The notes below the pieces were generated by a model that ran no database searches, was not told the DNA's origin, and was given only the letters and a program-made list of their open reading frames with translations. A stretch of 64,000 nucleotides of DNA from an uncultured Sphingomonadaceae bacterium (GTDB taxonomy: Bacteria; Pseudomonadota; Alphaproteobacteria; Sphingomonadales; Sphingomonadaceae): NCBI GenBank assembly GCA_964245355.1, contig CAXTMT010000001.1, positions 15,895 through 79,894 of the forward strand. The letters run 5' to 3'. Shown one piece after another: positions 30,125 through 40,674 of this stretch. The position numbers were made by a program, and so were the translations under genes. Position 1 is the stretch's first letter; every line of letters begins with the position of its first letter.

Positions 30125-31021
30125 GTGAAGCTGCACCATTTACGGGACGTGGTCGCAATCGCCGAACACGGCAGTCTCCGGTCTGCGGCGCGACACCTCA
30201 AATTGGCGCAACCCGCGGTCACGCGGAGCCTCGGCGATCTGGAACGCGAACTTGGCGCGGCGCTGTTCGAACGCAGGGCGCGGGGCATGGTCATGACCCC
30301 GATCGGAACGGCCTTTGTCAACAGGGCGAAAACCATACTGGCCGATGTTCGTCGCGCGCGCGACGAGGTCGGTCAGTTGAAAAACGACGAGGGCGGCAGC
30401 GTCACTGTCGGCCTGTCGATCGCTCCTCACATGTCCATCTTGCCGCACGTGTTGACGCCGTTCCGTGCGCGCTTTCCTTCCGCTCATCTTTCAATCGTCG
30501 AAGGGTTCTACCCTACAATTGAAAGCGATCTGCGATCCGGAGGCATCGACTTTTACGTTGGACCTTCGCCAAGGACGATCGTCCCTCCGGACCTCGTCGA
30601 GCTCGAGCTTTTCGAGAATTCGCGCATCGTGATCTGCCGGAAGGGTCATCCGCTTCATTCAGCGAAGAGCCTTCGTGAATTGGCCGGCGCGGACTGGGCG
30701 ACGACGTCCATAACCACCCCTGCCGCCGGCGAACTGAACACGCTTTTCGACAGCTTGGCGCTCCCCCCGCCCAGGATCACGCTCCGAAGTCAATCCGCGC
30801 TGACGCTGATGATATGCCTTGCCCATAGCGACCTGTTGGCAATGGTTCCCCGTCAGTGGATGGAATTCCAGCCGATTGCCGACGTACTCAGCAAGATAAA
30901 TATCATCGAACGCTTGTCGGCGCCTTCGATCGTGTTCATCCAGCGAACCGGCGTTCCGCTCACGCCTGCCGCGCTTTTCCTGGCCGAATCGATTCAAAGG
31001 GTGGCCCGCGCCAGCGCCTGA
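30125..31021 (+). CDS. LysR family regulator
   Basis: KLHHLR..VAIAEHGSLRSAA..L.LAQPAVTRSL..LE.ELG..LFER; GTG start with GGAG. Confidence 0.93.
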   Translation: MKLHHLRDVVAIAEHGSLRSAARHLKLAQPAVTRSLGDLERELGAALFERRARGMVMTPIGTAFVNRAKTILADVRRARDEVGQLKNDEGGSVTVGLSIAPHMSILPHVLTPFRARFPSAHLSIVEGFYPTIESDLRSGGIDFYVGPSPRTIVPPDLVELELFENSRIVICRKGHPLHSAKSLRELAGADWATTSITTPAAGELNTLFDSLALPPPRITLRSQSALTLMICLAHSDLLAMVPRQWMEFQPIADVLSKINIIERLSAPSIVFIQRTGVPLTPAALFLAESIQRVARASA

Positions 31022-31032
31022 CGGCAGGAGAT

Positions 31033-32046
31033 TCATTCATGCCGTGCAGATTGCGCTGACCCTCCGTTCTCGGCGGCGAACGTCAGCAACACGGAGTTGA
31101 AAACATGCGGATTGAACTGCTGCGGGAAGTGATTCATCGACGGCACGATCACGTGTTTGCCGTTGGTGATTTTGGCACCGAGCTCTCCGATGGCATCGAA
31201 GACCGGACTCCAGCCCCCGGAAATGACGAGTACCGGAATTTTCGCCTTTGCCACGATTTCGGCCGCGTTCCGCAGCGCCTCGGGCGGCGCCATCTTCGCC
31301 CGCAGCAGCGCGCATCCGAGCGCAGCCGCCCTGCTGGGATCGTTTTCGAGCGCGGCGAGCGCTTCCATTCCGGGACCCAAGCTGCGCGCGAACACGAGGC
31401 CGTATTCGGCGGGTGATGTAGCAGCGAGGGAAGCTTCGCCGAAATCGAGAAAAGCCTTCCGCGCCTCGTCGTTGGCGGCGAGGACATCGCTTCGCGGGAG
31501 CAGCGCGTGAAGTGCCGGTTCGACGAGGACAAGTGCGCGTACGCCGTCGGTGCGCCGCGCGGCCGCGAGCAGCGCCTCCGCGCCGCCGAAAGAATGCCCG
31601 ACCAGCACGACACCATCCAGCATCGCCGAGATCCAAACGGAGTCGCCTTCCATATCGTCGGGACCGCGGCTCGGGCTTTTTCCGAATCCGGGCCGCTCCG
31701 GCAGGAGCATTTGCCAGCCCTGCTCGGCGATGACTTTCTGCTTCGAGAAAGTGGATGGCCCCCCGCCAAGGTTTCCCTGCACGCCGCCGTGGATCACGAC
31801 CATGCGAGGACCCGCGTCGCCCCAGCGCGTCACATTGATCGCCGGCTTATTTGCGGTCGAGGTCGAGGTCGCGGGTGATACGTCCAGTGGCGGACACCGG
31901 GCGATCAGGGCTTCCCGATGCGTCGGCAGCCGGATAGCCAGCTTTATGCCTCGCAGGGTGTCGCTTCGATTGGAGAAGATCCAAAGTAGCGAGCCTGCAG
32001 CAAGGAAAAAGACGAGACAGATCGCCGCGATCGACCATTTATTCAA
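31033..32046 (-). CDS. Alpha/beta-hydrolase with N-terminal membrane anchor/signal
   Basis: Hydrophobic N-terminus, HGG, ERPGFGKS, GHSFGG, NHFPQ. Confidence 0.82.
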   Translation of the reverse strand: MNKWSIAAICLVFFLAAGSLLWIFSNRSDTLRGIKLAIRLPTHREALIARCPPLDVSPATSTSTANKPAINVTRWGDAGPRMVVIHGGVQGNLGGGPSTFSKQKVIAEQGWQMLLPERPGFGKSPSRGPDDMEGDSVWISAMLDGVVLVGHSFGGAEALLAAARRTDGVRALVLVEPALHALLPRSDVLAANDEARKAFLDFGEASLAATSPAEYGLVFARSLGPGMEALAALENDPSRAAALGCALLRAKMAPPEALRNAAEIVAKAKIPVLVISGGWSPVFDAIGELGAKITNGKHVIVPSMNHFPQQFNPHVFNSVLLTFAAENGGSAQSARHE

Positions 32047-32300
32047 GGCCGGTGCCTCCTGTTGGAGATTGTCGGCTGTTGCCTGTCGCGGCTTTCCGCA
32101 GCGAACTTAGTAAGTGGTGCTCGAGACTCATGAACGGCTCGACCGTCGGTTACGCCCTTGGAAAACGTCGCACAAGTAGCAGCGGAGCGGATTCGGCATA
32201 GCTCGCTTCGCCAGACGAAACGGTCGCCGCTCAAGCGTCAAGCGAAAAGCGCGCGCGAACGACATCTTCGCACGCTTTCCATCTGGTTCTTGAAGCGCCG

Positions 32301-33284
32301 TCACTTGTGGATCAGCGGTATCTTCGTCGGACCCGGAGCATCCGGTCCCCAGAGTCTGTAGCTGAAGGAGGCGAAGACGGTCGATCCCATCGGCAAGGTA
32401 CCGAGCGCTGGCGTGAATCCCGAAACTCTCGCCGAGACGTCCCTTAGCGCCCAAATGTTGGCCGCGACCGGACCGAAATCGTAGCCAAGCCGGCCGCCGA
32501 CGGCCCAGATATCGTAGGAGCGCGTGTTGATCAGGCCCTTGTAGAAATCGCTGGAATCGTCGCTCGTGACCTGACCCACGTAATACCCGACGGCGCCGAG
32601 CGTCCACCTGTCGATCGTCTTGGCGGCGGTGAACTCGGCATGAAGGATATTGCCGCTTTTGTAATTGGTGACGGTGCTGCGCGTATTGATTTCCTCGAAG
32701 ATATTGGCCGTGAAATTCCAGCCGTCCTTCAGATACGAAACCACGAACTCCGGCTGAAAGGTCCACCAGGGATTGCCGACGTTTGAAAGTCCTGCAGGAC
32801 CAGACGTATCACCGCTCGGAACATACATGCCGAAGCCGACTTTGACATTGAAGCCGCTATCGCCGAACTTCCGGCTCAATTCGACGGGCACGATGTAGGT
32901 GTTGTGGACGCCCAACGCCTGCAGATTGATCGGATTGCTCACGGACACCGTGATGAACGGCTGCACGAGAACCGCGTTGTACCTCCATCCGAAGAAGTCG
33001 GGGATATTCGGAACGAAGATGAAACCGACCGCGGCTGATTCGGTGCGGATCTGAACCGGCGTGCCGTTGACGTTCGGCGCGGACGGACCGATCAACTGCG
33101 CCGCATATCCGAGAAACTGATCGAACATGTAGATGCCGGGCGGCGGCGCGCCGGCCGTTCCTCCACCGAGCGTGATGCCCGGCTTCTGTTCCCATCCCGG
33201 AAATCCCGGCTCGTATGCCGATGCCTCCGCCGTCATCGAAACGGCGATGGCCGCACCCAGCAAAATAGACCTTCTCGAAATCAT
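32301..33284 (-). CDS. SphA / Phenol_MetA_deg family outer-membrane channel
   Basis: Signal peptide, PPPGIY, GFGMYVP.G, N.G.PWWTFQPE, Y.SG..LH.EF, GYYVGQVT.D. Confidence 0.82.
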   Translation of the reverse strand: MISRRSILLGAAIAVSMTAEASAYEPGFPGWEQKPGITLGGGTAGAPPPGIYMFDQFLGYAAQLIGPSAPNVNGTPVQIRTESAAVGFIFVPNIPDFFGWRYNAVLVQPFITVSVSNPINLQALGVHNTYIVPVELSRKFGDSGFNVKVGFGMYVPSGDTSGPAGLSNVGNPWWTFQPEFVVSYLKDGWNFTANIFEEINTRSTVTNYKSGNILHAEFTAAKTIDRWTLGAVGYYVGQVTSDDSSDFYKGLINTRSYDIWAVGGRLGYDFGPVAANIWALRDVSARVSGFTPALGTLPMGSTVFASFSYRLWGPDAPGPTKIPLIHK

Positions 33285-33602
33285 GTGCCCCCCTTCTCAT
33301 CGCCAGAACTTCCGCTCGCCCGAGTGGCAGAGTTCGTTCTGGTTGCGCGAGTGACAGGGAGTTGAAAGCCGAATTTGTCCGAGATCAATTTAAATTAACG
33401 TCTACGTCGATCATTCGAAGTGGTTTGTGGCGGCACCGGTACATCTTGTATTTGAGAGATCATCTTGGCATTGTTATCAGGTCGGAATCGCCTGCCGCGT
33501 CTTCGCCAAAAGAACGCTCTGTCCGATTGTCGACATGGATCCGGCCCGAGATGCAAACGGCAAGAGGCCCGGCTTCAGGTTTCTTTCGCGTCCGTAGCCG
33601 GA

Positions 33603-35240
33603 TCAAAAGCAACCTTGATCGGACGCGCCGCCTGTGACGCGGCGCAGCAAGCCAGCTACATCCTCGGGAATAGTTTGTCCTCGCCAGGCCACATGTTGAT
33701 CCGGCCTTATCAGGACAAAGCAGGCTTCGTATCTGGATCGGAGTCGCGCGTCCGGCGGAGCCAATACCTTCAGCGGAATCTGCATGGCTTGGGCTTGTTC
33801 GGCAACAAGCGTCACACGCTCGGTATCTTTCGATGTCAGCAGCAGAGTAAAGCCGCTTCCGAAATGGTCGTACAGCGAGGATCCGTCGATCAGCCAGAGA
33901 TGCGGAGCCAGGCAACCCGGGGAGGCCGACGGTAGATAAACCATGCTGTGTTCGGCCGGTGCTTCACGTCCGTCGGAAACGACAATCGGAGAGCCGGAAT
34001 AAGACGCACCCAACACGAGACCGAGCGTTTTGAATTCCCGGACCTTGACCGAACGGATGATTTCCCCGACTTCCTCCCTGGTCGCCTCGCCGGCGGGTCC
34101 CGCTTCTTCCAGACCCGGCTGGACAAGCTGATTTCCGACGACGCCGTAGTTGATGACCGATTCCGCCATGGTGCGCTCGTGGACGGGGCGCCGCTCCTGT
34201 TCGTACGTGTCCAGCAGCCGAGCGCCGCCCCAGCCCTGGAGCGTGGCCGCAAGCTTCCATCCGAGATCGACGGCGTCGCCTATCCCCATATTCATGCCGA
34301 ATCCACCGAATGGCGGATGAAGGTGACAAGCATCGCCGGCGAGAAAAATACGCTCCGACGAATAGCGGTCGGCGACCAACCTGTGCGCGACCCAGGCATC
34401 CGTCGCCACGACGTCGATGTCGAGATCCGCGAACCCCGTTGCTTGTCGGATTAGTTCGACGGCATCGACCTTTTCAAAGGCGAGTCCTTCTGGGATTTTG
34501 GTAGCCATAAAAAACCAGACATCGTCGCGATCCATCGGCCCGAGCAGCGAGGGCACATCCTCATTCACCATCCAATACATGATGGCCGGACCGAAATGGT
34601 GGCGGCGGGCAAGACCAGGCGATTTGAATATGATCGTAAAATTGCGGGAAAATGCGCTATCACCCGTCATCTGCGCCCCGATGGTTTTCCGCACGGAGCT
34701 TCGGGCTCCATCAGCGCCGACCAGAAATGACGCATCGACATTCCGGTCTTCGCCGCTCCGGAGGTCCCGCAGAGTTGCCCGAAGATTGCTGTCCTTCTGT
34801 TCGACCTCCAAGAACTCCGTCTCAAACACCACATCCACGCTCGGAAGCGAGGCCGCTTTGCTGCGCAGCACCTCCTCGAGAACGTATTGCGGCACCCATT
34901 GTGCTTCTTCCGAATAGAGGTTGCTTCGCTGCCGGCGACCGTTGAAGGCATTCTCGAACCGAGCAAGTTCGAAGCCGTTCATGCGGGTGGCAAACACGAC
35001 GTTTGCCGGATAGTCGGCCGGAATAGGCGACGCTTCGCGTAGCGCGTCCGCGATACCCCATCTGCGAAGATGCTCGCGCGTTCGAACGTTGGTCGTCTTC
35101 GCCCGGGGGCTGTAGCCGACCCGATCGTTTCGTTCGACCACTAAAGAGCGGATGCCACGCTGTCCCAGCTCAATCGACAGAGCAAGGCCGACCGGACCGC
35201 CGCCGACGATGAGGACGTCCACGCTTCTTATTGTTCGCAT
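33603..35240 (-). CDS. FAD-dependent aromatic monooxygenase (PheA/TfdB family; resorcinol-hydroxylase-like)
   Basis: GGGPVG, PRAKTTNVRT.EHLRRWG, GADGARS, AGDACH.HPPFGG.GMN.G..DA, C-terminal thioredoxin-like LIRPDQHVAWR. Confidence 0.9.
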   Translation of the reverse strand: MRTIRSVDVLIVGGGPVGLALSIELGQRGIRSLVVERNDRVGYSPRAKTTNVRTREHLRRWGIADALREASPIPADYPANVVFATRMNGFELARFENAFNGRRQRSNLYSEEAQWVPQYVLEEVLRSKAASLPSVDVVFETEFLEVEQKDSNLRATLRDLRSGEDRNVDASFLVGADGARSSVRKTIGAQMTGDSAFSRNFTIIFKSPGLARRHHFGPAIMYWMVNEDVPSLLGPMDRDDVWFFMATKIPEGLAFEKVDAVELIRQATGFADLDIDVVATDAWVAHRLVADRYSSERIFLAGDACHLHPPFGGFGMNMGIGDAVDLGWKLAATLQGWGGARLLDTYEQERRPVHERTMAESVINYGVVGNQLVQPGLEEAGPAGEATREEVGEIIRSVKVREFKTLGLVLGASYSGSPIVVSDGREAPAEHSMVYLPSASPGCLAPHLWLIDGSSLYDHFGSGFTLLLTSKDTERVTLVAEQAQAMQIPLKVLAPPDARLRSRYEACFVLIRPDQHVAWRGQTIPEDVAGLLRRVTGGASDQGCF

Positions 35241-35389
35241 CCTGCGTCCGAACTAGGCTGCGTCGACCGCATCACGCTCGTCCAGATTAAAAAGGCATAA
35301 ATTGCTCGATCAACCTGGTCACGAGCAGCGGCCTCTGCGTGACACTACCCTCGCGAATAGCCCGTGCCTGCCGCAGGGGATAGATAACA

Positions 35390-36328
35390 TTATTGTTCGA
35401 GCGATGCCTGCCAGGTAGCTGAGTGCAGGGCGCAACGGTGTGTGCTACATCGCGCAGTCCTGCGCATTCTTCTGTAAGCCCGGTGATGGTCTGGCCTCGG
35501 AATCGACGCCGCTGGCGAGGCGGCGCCGGCTTCGATTGCCGCATTCTGCAAGTTGACGCCGCCTTCCAGCCGAATGCGCTTGTGCATGGCCGCGGCGGTT
35601 CTGCGCGCTTCCGGAGTGTTATCCTTGGGCAGAGACGTCGCGCGCGCGGCCGCCTGCATCAGGCCGGCGATCGGCTCCCACGCCTTTGCGGCTTCGGCAT
35701 CGCGGTCGACGTCGTTGATGCGAAACATCGTCGACGGAAACATCATCGAACCCGCGCCATCGCCGAGTTCATAAGGCGCGCCGGCCCAGGCCGCGAGATC
35801 GCCGTCGCCGGACCCATCGATGAAGATGCGGCTACGGACGGCGCGACGGCCGGATTTCGTTTCGATGAAGAGCGTGTCGATTTGCCATTCCGTGCTCATC
35901 AGCACACCGGCGCCGAGACTGTGAAACAGGATCCTCACCCCGGCGTCGATCAGCAATCGATCGGCCGCGAGTTTGTAGGCGGCGGTGTCATAGGCCTGCG
36001 CTTGAATCTTGCCGAAAACGGTGTGGGGTTCTTTCAGTCCATCCAGCCGCGCGATCCCGTCGAGCAGGTCGTCCGCGATCCCATGCACCACCTGATCCAT
36101 TCGGCCGAAGCGATTGGCATGCAGGCCGCAGAAATTCGTCACGCCCGCGGCGGTGCCCATGCCTCCCAGAAAACCGAACCGCGCGATCACCAGGGGCGCG
36201 GCGCCCGCGCGTCCGGCGACCACCGCGGCGGCGATGCCGGCGGGGCCGCCGCCGAGAACCACGACATCGAACGTTCCATAGAGTACAGTCCGGCGCGCGG
36301 GCTCGGCAACAGTGTCGATCGTGCTCAT
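35390..36328 (-). pseudogene. Truncated FAD-dependent oxidoreductase
   Basis: GGGPAG, GGMGTAAGV, FIDGSGDGDLAA present, but family-like sequence ends near 35640 (~230 aa); RETRRI and AGRC motifs expected from memory of the family are missing; Rossmann acidic residue replaced (VIARFG). Confidence 0.7.
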
Positions 36329-36406
36329 GGAGGTCCTCCGAAAATCAGGACGCAGCCGACCATCTTCCGCTGAAACCAGCAGCACACGAGTGATGTAGCT
36401 GGCGGT

Positions 36407-37444
36407 CTATTCGCCCTTGATGCCGCCGGCCGCGATGATGGGAGCCCAGCGATCATGCTCCTCTTTCAGCACGGCAAGGAATTCGTCGGTGGTGCCGGCG
36501 ACCGGTGTCATAAATTGGAGCTTGAGTTTGTCGATCACCTCGGGTTCCGCCAATACGGCGATTGCGGTCTCTCGAATCTTCGCGATGATGGCGGGACTTA
36601 AGCCAGCGGGCGCGATCAGGCCGATCCATGCGTCGGCCTCGACGCCCGCGATTCCGTCCTCCGCAAGCGTCGGAAGCTCGGGCAGCAGCGCCGAGCGGCG
36701 GGCCGATGTCACGGCGAGCATCTTCAACTTGCCTTCCGCAGCCTGTGGAGCCACCGCCCCGGCGGGCAGCACCGCCATCTGCACGTCGCCTCTCAACAGG
36801 GCGGTGACAGCCGCGGGTGAACCTGTATACGGGACATGCACCGGCCTGACCTGGGCTTTGGCGACGAACGATTCCATCGCAAGATGCGACAACGAACCCC
36901 GGCCGATCGACCCATAGTTGAACTTGTCGGGGTCGCGCTTCAGTACGGCCATCAAGGTGGCGACGTTGTCCGCGTCCACGCCCGGATTGATTGTCAGCAC
37001 GCTCGGCTGTGACGCGAGAATCGTGATGGGTTCGATATCCCTCGCGGTCTCATACGGCATCTTCGGAAACAACAGCGCATTGATGACCAGCGGGCCGACG
37101 ATGCTGACGCCGAGCGTGTGACCGTCCGGCACTGCCTTGGCAACCTGCCCCGTGCCTGTGTTTCCGCTCGCGCCTGGCCGGTTCTCGACAATGAACGGCT
37201 TGCCAAGCTTCTGCTGCATCCGGTCCGCCAATATGCGCGCGACGCTGTCCGGCGTCGATCCCGCCTGGAACGGCGAAATAATCGTCACCTGGCGTGTCGG
37301 CCACTCCTGCGCAGCCAGCTGATTGCAGTGAAGTGCTCCGCAGACCGCCGCAAAGCAGGCCGTGATGATCACGCCCAGCTTCGTCCGGCGTTCACGCCGA
37401 CCGGTAGCGGCCGATACGACGATTTCAAGGCTGGGCAGAAGCAT
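36407..37444 (-). CDS. Bug/TctC tripartite tricarboxylate transporter substrate-binding protein
   Basis: WPTRQVTII.PF.AG..PD..AR, VENRPGASG, DGHTL, HVPY.G, PELPTL.E. Confidence 0.92.
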   Translation of the reverse strand: MLLPSLEIVVSAATGRRERRTKLGVIITACFAAVCGALHCNQLAAQEWPTRQVTIISPFQAGSTPDSVARILADRMQQKLGKPFIVENRPGASGNTGTGQVAKAVPDGHTLGVSIVGPLVINALLFPKMPYETARDIEPITILASQPSVLTINPGVDADNVATLMAVLKRDPDKFNYGSIGRGSLSHLAMESFVAKAQVRPVHVPYTGSPAAVTALLRGDVQMAVLPAGAVAPQAAEGKLKMLAVTSARRSALLPELPTLAEDGIAGVEADAWIGLIAPAGLSPAIIAKIRETAIAVLAEPEVIDKLKLQFMTPVAGTTDEFLAVLKEEHDRWAPIIAAGGIKGE

Positions 37445-38348
37445 TCAAGCCCGCGACTTCGGCAATCGCCGTTCGTAGCAATTCCGCCAGCGCGCTGGCG
37501 GTCGGATTGGCTCCCCGATCCCGGCTGACGAGGGCAAGGGTCTGGGCGCGGATGCCGCCGCCCTGAATCGGCACATAGACCAGCTTGCCATGTTGTCGGT
37601 CCGTCTCGATATCCATGGGCGTCAAAAAGCTGATCCCTTGGTTCAGCATGGCGGCATTTCGCATGATTTCAATCGAATTAGTTTCCAGCGCAGGCTCCAG
37701 CTTGACTGAAATCTGGGCGAAGGCGGCATCCAAATGCGGACGGATCGCCGTCGTCTGGTCGGCGATGATCAAAGGATAATCCAGACAATCGCTTAAGCGC
37801 AAACTCGATCGCTCCGCCAATTCGTGCCTGGATCCCACCACCGCGCCAAGACGAAATTTGAATGTTGCCAACGTCCGTAACGTCGCGGTCGGCAAAAAAT
37901 CGAAGCCGAGTCCGAGGTCGGCTTCGCCGCCCGCGACCGCCGATAAAATCGCCGAGCCGGTACTGAGAAGTTGCACACTCAGCTTGACGCGCGGATGAAT
38001 ACGACGGAACTCGCCGATAACGAGCGGAAGCAGGTTGGATGCAAGGCCGCTCATGATGGCGATTGCCACTTCGCCGCGTTGCATGCCTTTCAATTCTTCG
38101 ATCTGCGTCTGGACACGGTCGAGGTTTCGCAGCGTTTCGCGGATGTGGCGAATGAGAATTTCGCCAGCCGTGGTCAGAACCAGCTTTCGCGGCAGCCGAT
38201 GAAACAGCGGCGTGCCAAGCTCGTGCTCCAGCGCCAGAATCTGCCTATTTATCGCTGAGGAGGCAACGTTCAACTGGTTGGCCGCCTTTCGGATTGACCC
38301 GCAGCGGGCGACTTCATCGAGGTATCTCGGCAATCGACCAAACAGCAT
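37425..38348 (-). CDS. LysR family regulator
   Basis: RYLDEVARCGSIRKAA..LNVASSAINRQILALE.ELG.PLF.R. Confidence 0.92.
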   Translation of the reverse strand: MLFGRLPRYLDEVARCGSIRKAANQLNVASSAINRQILALEHELGTPLFHRLPRKLVLTTAGEILIRHIRETLRNLDRVQTQIEELKGMQRGEVAIAIMSGLASNLLPLVIGEFRRIHPRVKLSVQLLSTGSAILSAVAGGEADLGLGFDFLPTATLRTLATFKFRLGAVVGSRHELAERSSLRLSDCLDYPLIIADQTTAIRPHLDAAFAQISVKLEPALETNSIEIMRNAAMLNQGISFLTPMDIETDRQHGKLVYVPIQGGGIRAQTLALVSRDRGANPTASALAELLRTAIAEVAGLNASAQP

Positions 38349-38398
38349 CGGCAACTCTCTCGCACACATCCCCTACGGGACGCATCCCACCGACATGA

Positions 38399-38411
38399 TG
38401 CCTGAAAGGCA
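38399..38411. promoter_or_regulatory. LysR-type T-N11-A box TGCCT-GAA-AGGCA
   Basis: Perfect 5-bp arms in the divergent LysR/ABC promoter. Confidence 0.5.
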
Positions 38412-38497
38412 GCAGTGTGCGCAAATAGTGATGCTTCTTCGTTCCGTTTCGCTGATCCATAATTCGGTCTTCGGTTCATCGAAGATGGGAGCTTTCA

Positions 38498-39577
38498 ATG
38501 CGTAAGTTCGAGATATCGCGTCGTCAGACATTGATGACGGGGGCCGCAGCAGGAGCCGCAATCATTTTCGGTGGAAGCCGCAATGCCAATGCGGCAACCG
38601 AATTGGTGTGGTCGGTCTGGGAGACCAACGGTCGCAAAAATCTAACGACCGAATTCGAAAGGGCGACCGGCAACCAGATCCGCCAGGCGTTTCTGACCAG
38701 CGATGACGCCCAGTTTGCAGCCCTCAGGACCGGCGCCGCAAAGGACTGGGATATCGTCAACCCGGCGCTCAACGGAGCCGAACGCTATATCTCCGCCAAG
38801 GTGCTCAAGTCACTGGACATCTCGAAAATTCCAAACCTCACCCACATGTATTCCGACTTTCAGGCGATCGACCGCGTCCGGGGAGCAGACGGCAAGACCT
38901 ACATGATCCCTTACCTCTGGGGACTCAATCCGATCGTCTATCGGACCGACAAGGTGGCGGACGTGCCGACCTATTCGACGTTGTTCGACCCGAAATACAA
39001 GGGCAAGCTCGCCATGCGCGACTACGCACTCGAAAGCGTCGCGATAGCCGGCCTTCATCTGGGGATTCCGCGCGAGCGTGTTTTCTCGATGACGGACGTT
39101 GAACTGGCGGAGGCGAAGAAAGTGTTGATCGCCCAGAAACCGTTGGTGCGCACGTACTGGCAGTCGATCGGCGATCTGGTGACCCTGTTTGCCACCGACG
39201 AAATCGACTGTGCGTTTTGCTGGCGCGTGCCTTACGACGCTCTGCGCGACAAAAAGCCGATCGCCATGGCCAAGCCGAAGGCCGGCATCTTCGGATGGTG
39301 CGACTGCTTCGCGATTCCGGCGAGCCTGCCCGATGACAAGTACGAGGCGGCGCACGCCTTCGGCAATTATCTGCTCGGTCCCGATTATGCCAAACAGATC
39401 GCGATCGAACAGAACTACGCGACCACGACCGACGTGGTCCGCGAGCAACTCACCCACGATCAGCAGGCCGCGATTTTTATCGATGATCTGTCGGTGATGA
39501 AAAGCTTCATGTGGCCGGTGGCACCGCCCAACTATGCCTCATGGGTCAAGCTTTGGAATGAGGTCAAGGCAGCGTGA
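38498..39577 (+). CDS. PotD/PotF-like ABC substrate-binding protein, Tat-type signal
   Basis: SRRQTL leader, WDIVNP, PYLWG..PIVY, LFDPKYKGKL, W.DCFAIP. Confidence 0.88.
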   Translation: MRKFEISRRQTLMTGAAAGAAIIFGGSRNANAATELVWSVWETNGRKNLTTEFERATGNQIRQAFLTSDDAQFAALRTGAAKDWDIVNPALNGAERYISAKVLKSLDISKIPNLTHMYSDFQAIDRVRGADGKTYMIPYLWGLNPIVYRTDKVADVPTYSTLFDPKYKGKLAMRDYALESVAIAGLHLGIPRERVFSMTDVELAEAKKVLIAQKPLVRTYWQSIGDLVTLFATDEIDCAFCWRVPYDALRDKKPIAMAKPKAGIFGWCDCFAIPASLPDDKYEAAHAFGNYLLGPDYAKQIAIEQNYATTTDVVREQLTHDQQAAIFIDDLSVMKSFMWPVAPPNYASWVKLWNEVKAA

Positions 39578-40674
39578 TTGCTGCGGCGCCCGGTCCGCGC
39601 ACGCCGGCCTATCGTTTCCTCACGGCACGAGGCCTGCGAAAGTCTTACGGTCGCAAGGTGTCCGGGCAGACATCGGCTGTCGCCGATGTCGACTTCGACA
39701 TCGAAGAGCGGGCCTTTACCACCCTGCTTGGACCATCCGGATGCGGCAAGACGACAATCCTTCGGATGATCGCGGGTTTCGAGCAGCCGTCCGCCGGCGA
39801 ACTGCGCCTCGAAGGCGTCTCGTTGTCCGGGATGCCGCCGGAGAAAAGACCGGTCAATACCGTGTTTCAGTCCTACGCCCTGTTCCCGCATCTTTCGGTG
39901 GCCGACAATGTCGCTTTCTCGCTGAGGCTACGGCGCGGATCGGGCGACGTCGAGCGCAAGGTCGCCGATGCGCTCGACGGGGTTCACATGACCGCGTATG
40001 CGAAACGGTTTCCGCACGAATTATCTGGCGGGCAACAGCAGCGCGTCGCCGTGGCTCGGGCGATCATCGCCGCGCCGCGCCTCCTGCTGCTGGACGAACC
40101 GTTGTCGGCGCTCGACCGCAGCATGAGACTGCATCTGCAATCCGAATTGAAGGATCTTCAGCGGCGGCTGGGCATCGCATTCGTCTACGTGACGCACGAT
40201 CAGGAAGAGGCCTTCGCACTCTCGGACGCGATCATCGTGATGAACAAGGGACGGATCGCTCAGACCGGCAGCCCCCACGAAATTTATGCCCGACCCGTCG
40301 ATACCTTCGTCGCCGACTTCATCGGCGGCGCCGTGCTGGTTGCGGCTGATGTCAAGAAAACGATGGGCGGATCGCTCGTTGTTGCAACGTCGCTCGGTGT
40401 CTATCTGGCGCCCGGCCTCACAACGCTGACGACCGGGTCGAAAGCCGCGCTCGTGCTGAGACCCGAGGCTTTGCAGGTATGTTCGGGGCACGACGCCGGC
40501 GTATTTTCGGCGACAGTCACCGGCACGGTGTTTCAGGGGCGCAACGTCATGGTGAACGCAGACGCCGCAGGACTCCCGCTTCGCTATCTGGCGGAGACGG
40601 CGCCGGAGGCGGGCAGCTCGGTGCTGCTCAGGATCATGCCGGAGAAAACCTATGTCACCTCGGCCGGCGGCTGA
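39574..40674 (+). CDS. PotA-like ABC ATP-binding protein
   Basis: GPSGCGKT, VNTVFQSYALFPH, LSGGQQQR, LLLDEP. Confidence 0.93.
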   Translation: MIAAAPGPRTPAYRFLTARGLRKSYGRKVSGQTSAVADVDFDIEERAFTTLLGPSGCGKTTILRMIAGFEQPSAGELRLEGVSLSGMPPEKRPVNTVFQSYALFPHLSVADNVAFSLRLRRGSGDVERKVADALDGVHMTAYAKRFPHELSGGQQQRVAVARAIIAAPRLLLLDEPLSALDRSMRLHLQSELKDLQRRLGIAFVYVTHDQEEAFALSDAIIVMNKGRIAQTGSPHEIYARPVDTFVADFIGGAVLVAADVKKTMGGSLVVATSLGVYLAPGLTTLTTGSKAALVLRPEALQVCSGHDAGVFSATVTGTVFQGRNVMVNADAAGLPLRYLAETAPEAGSSVLLRIMPEKTYVTSAGG

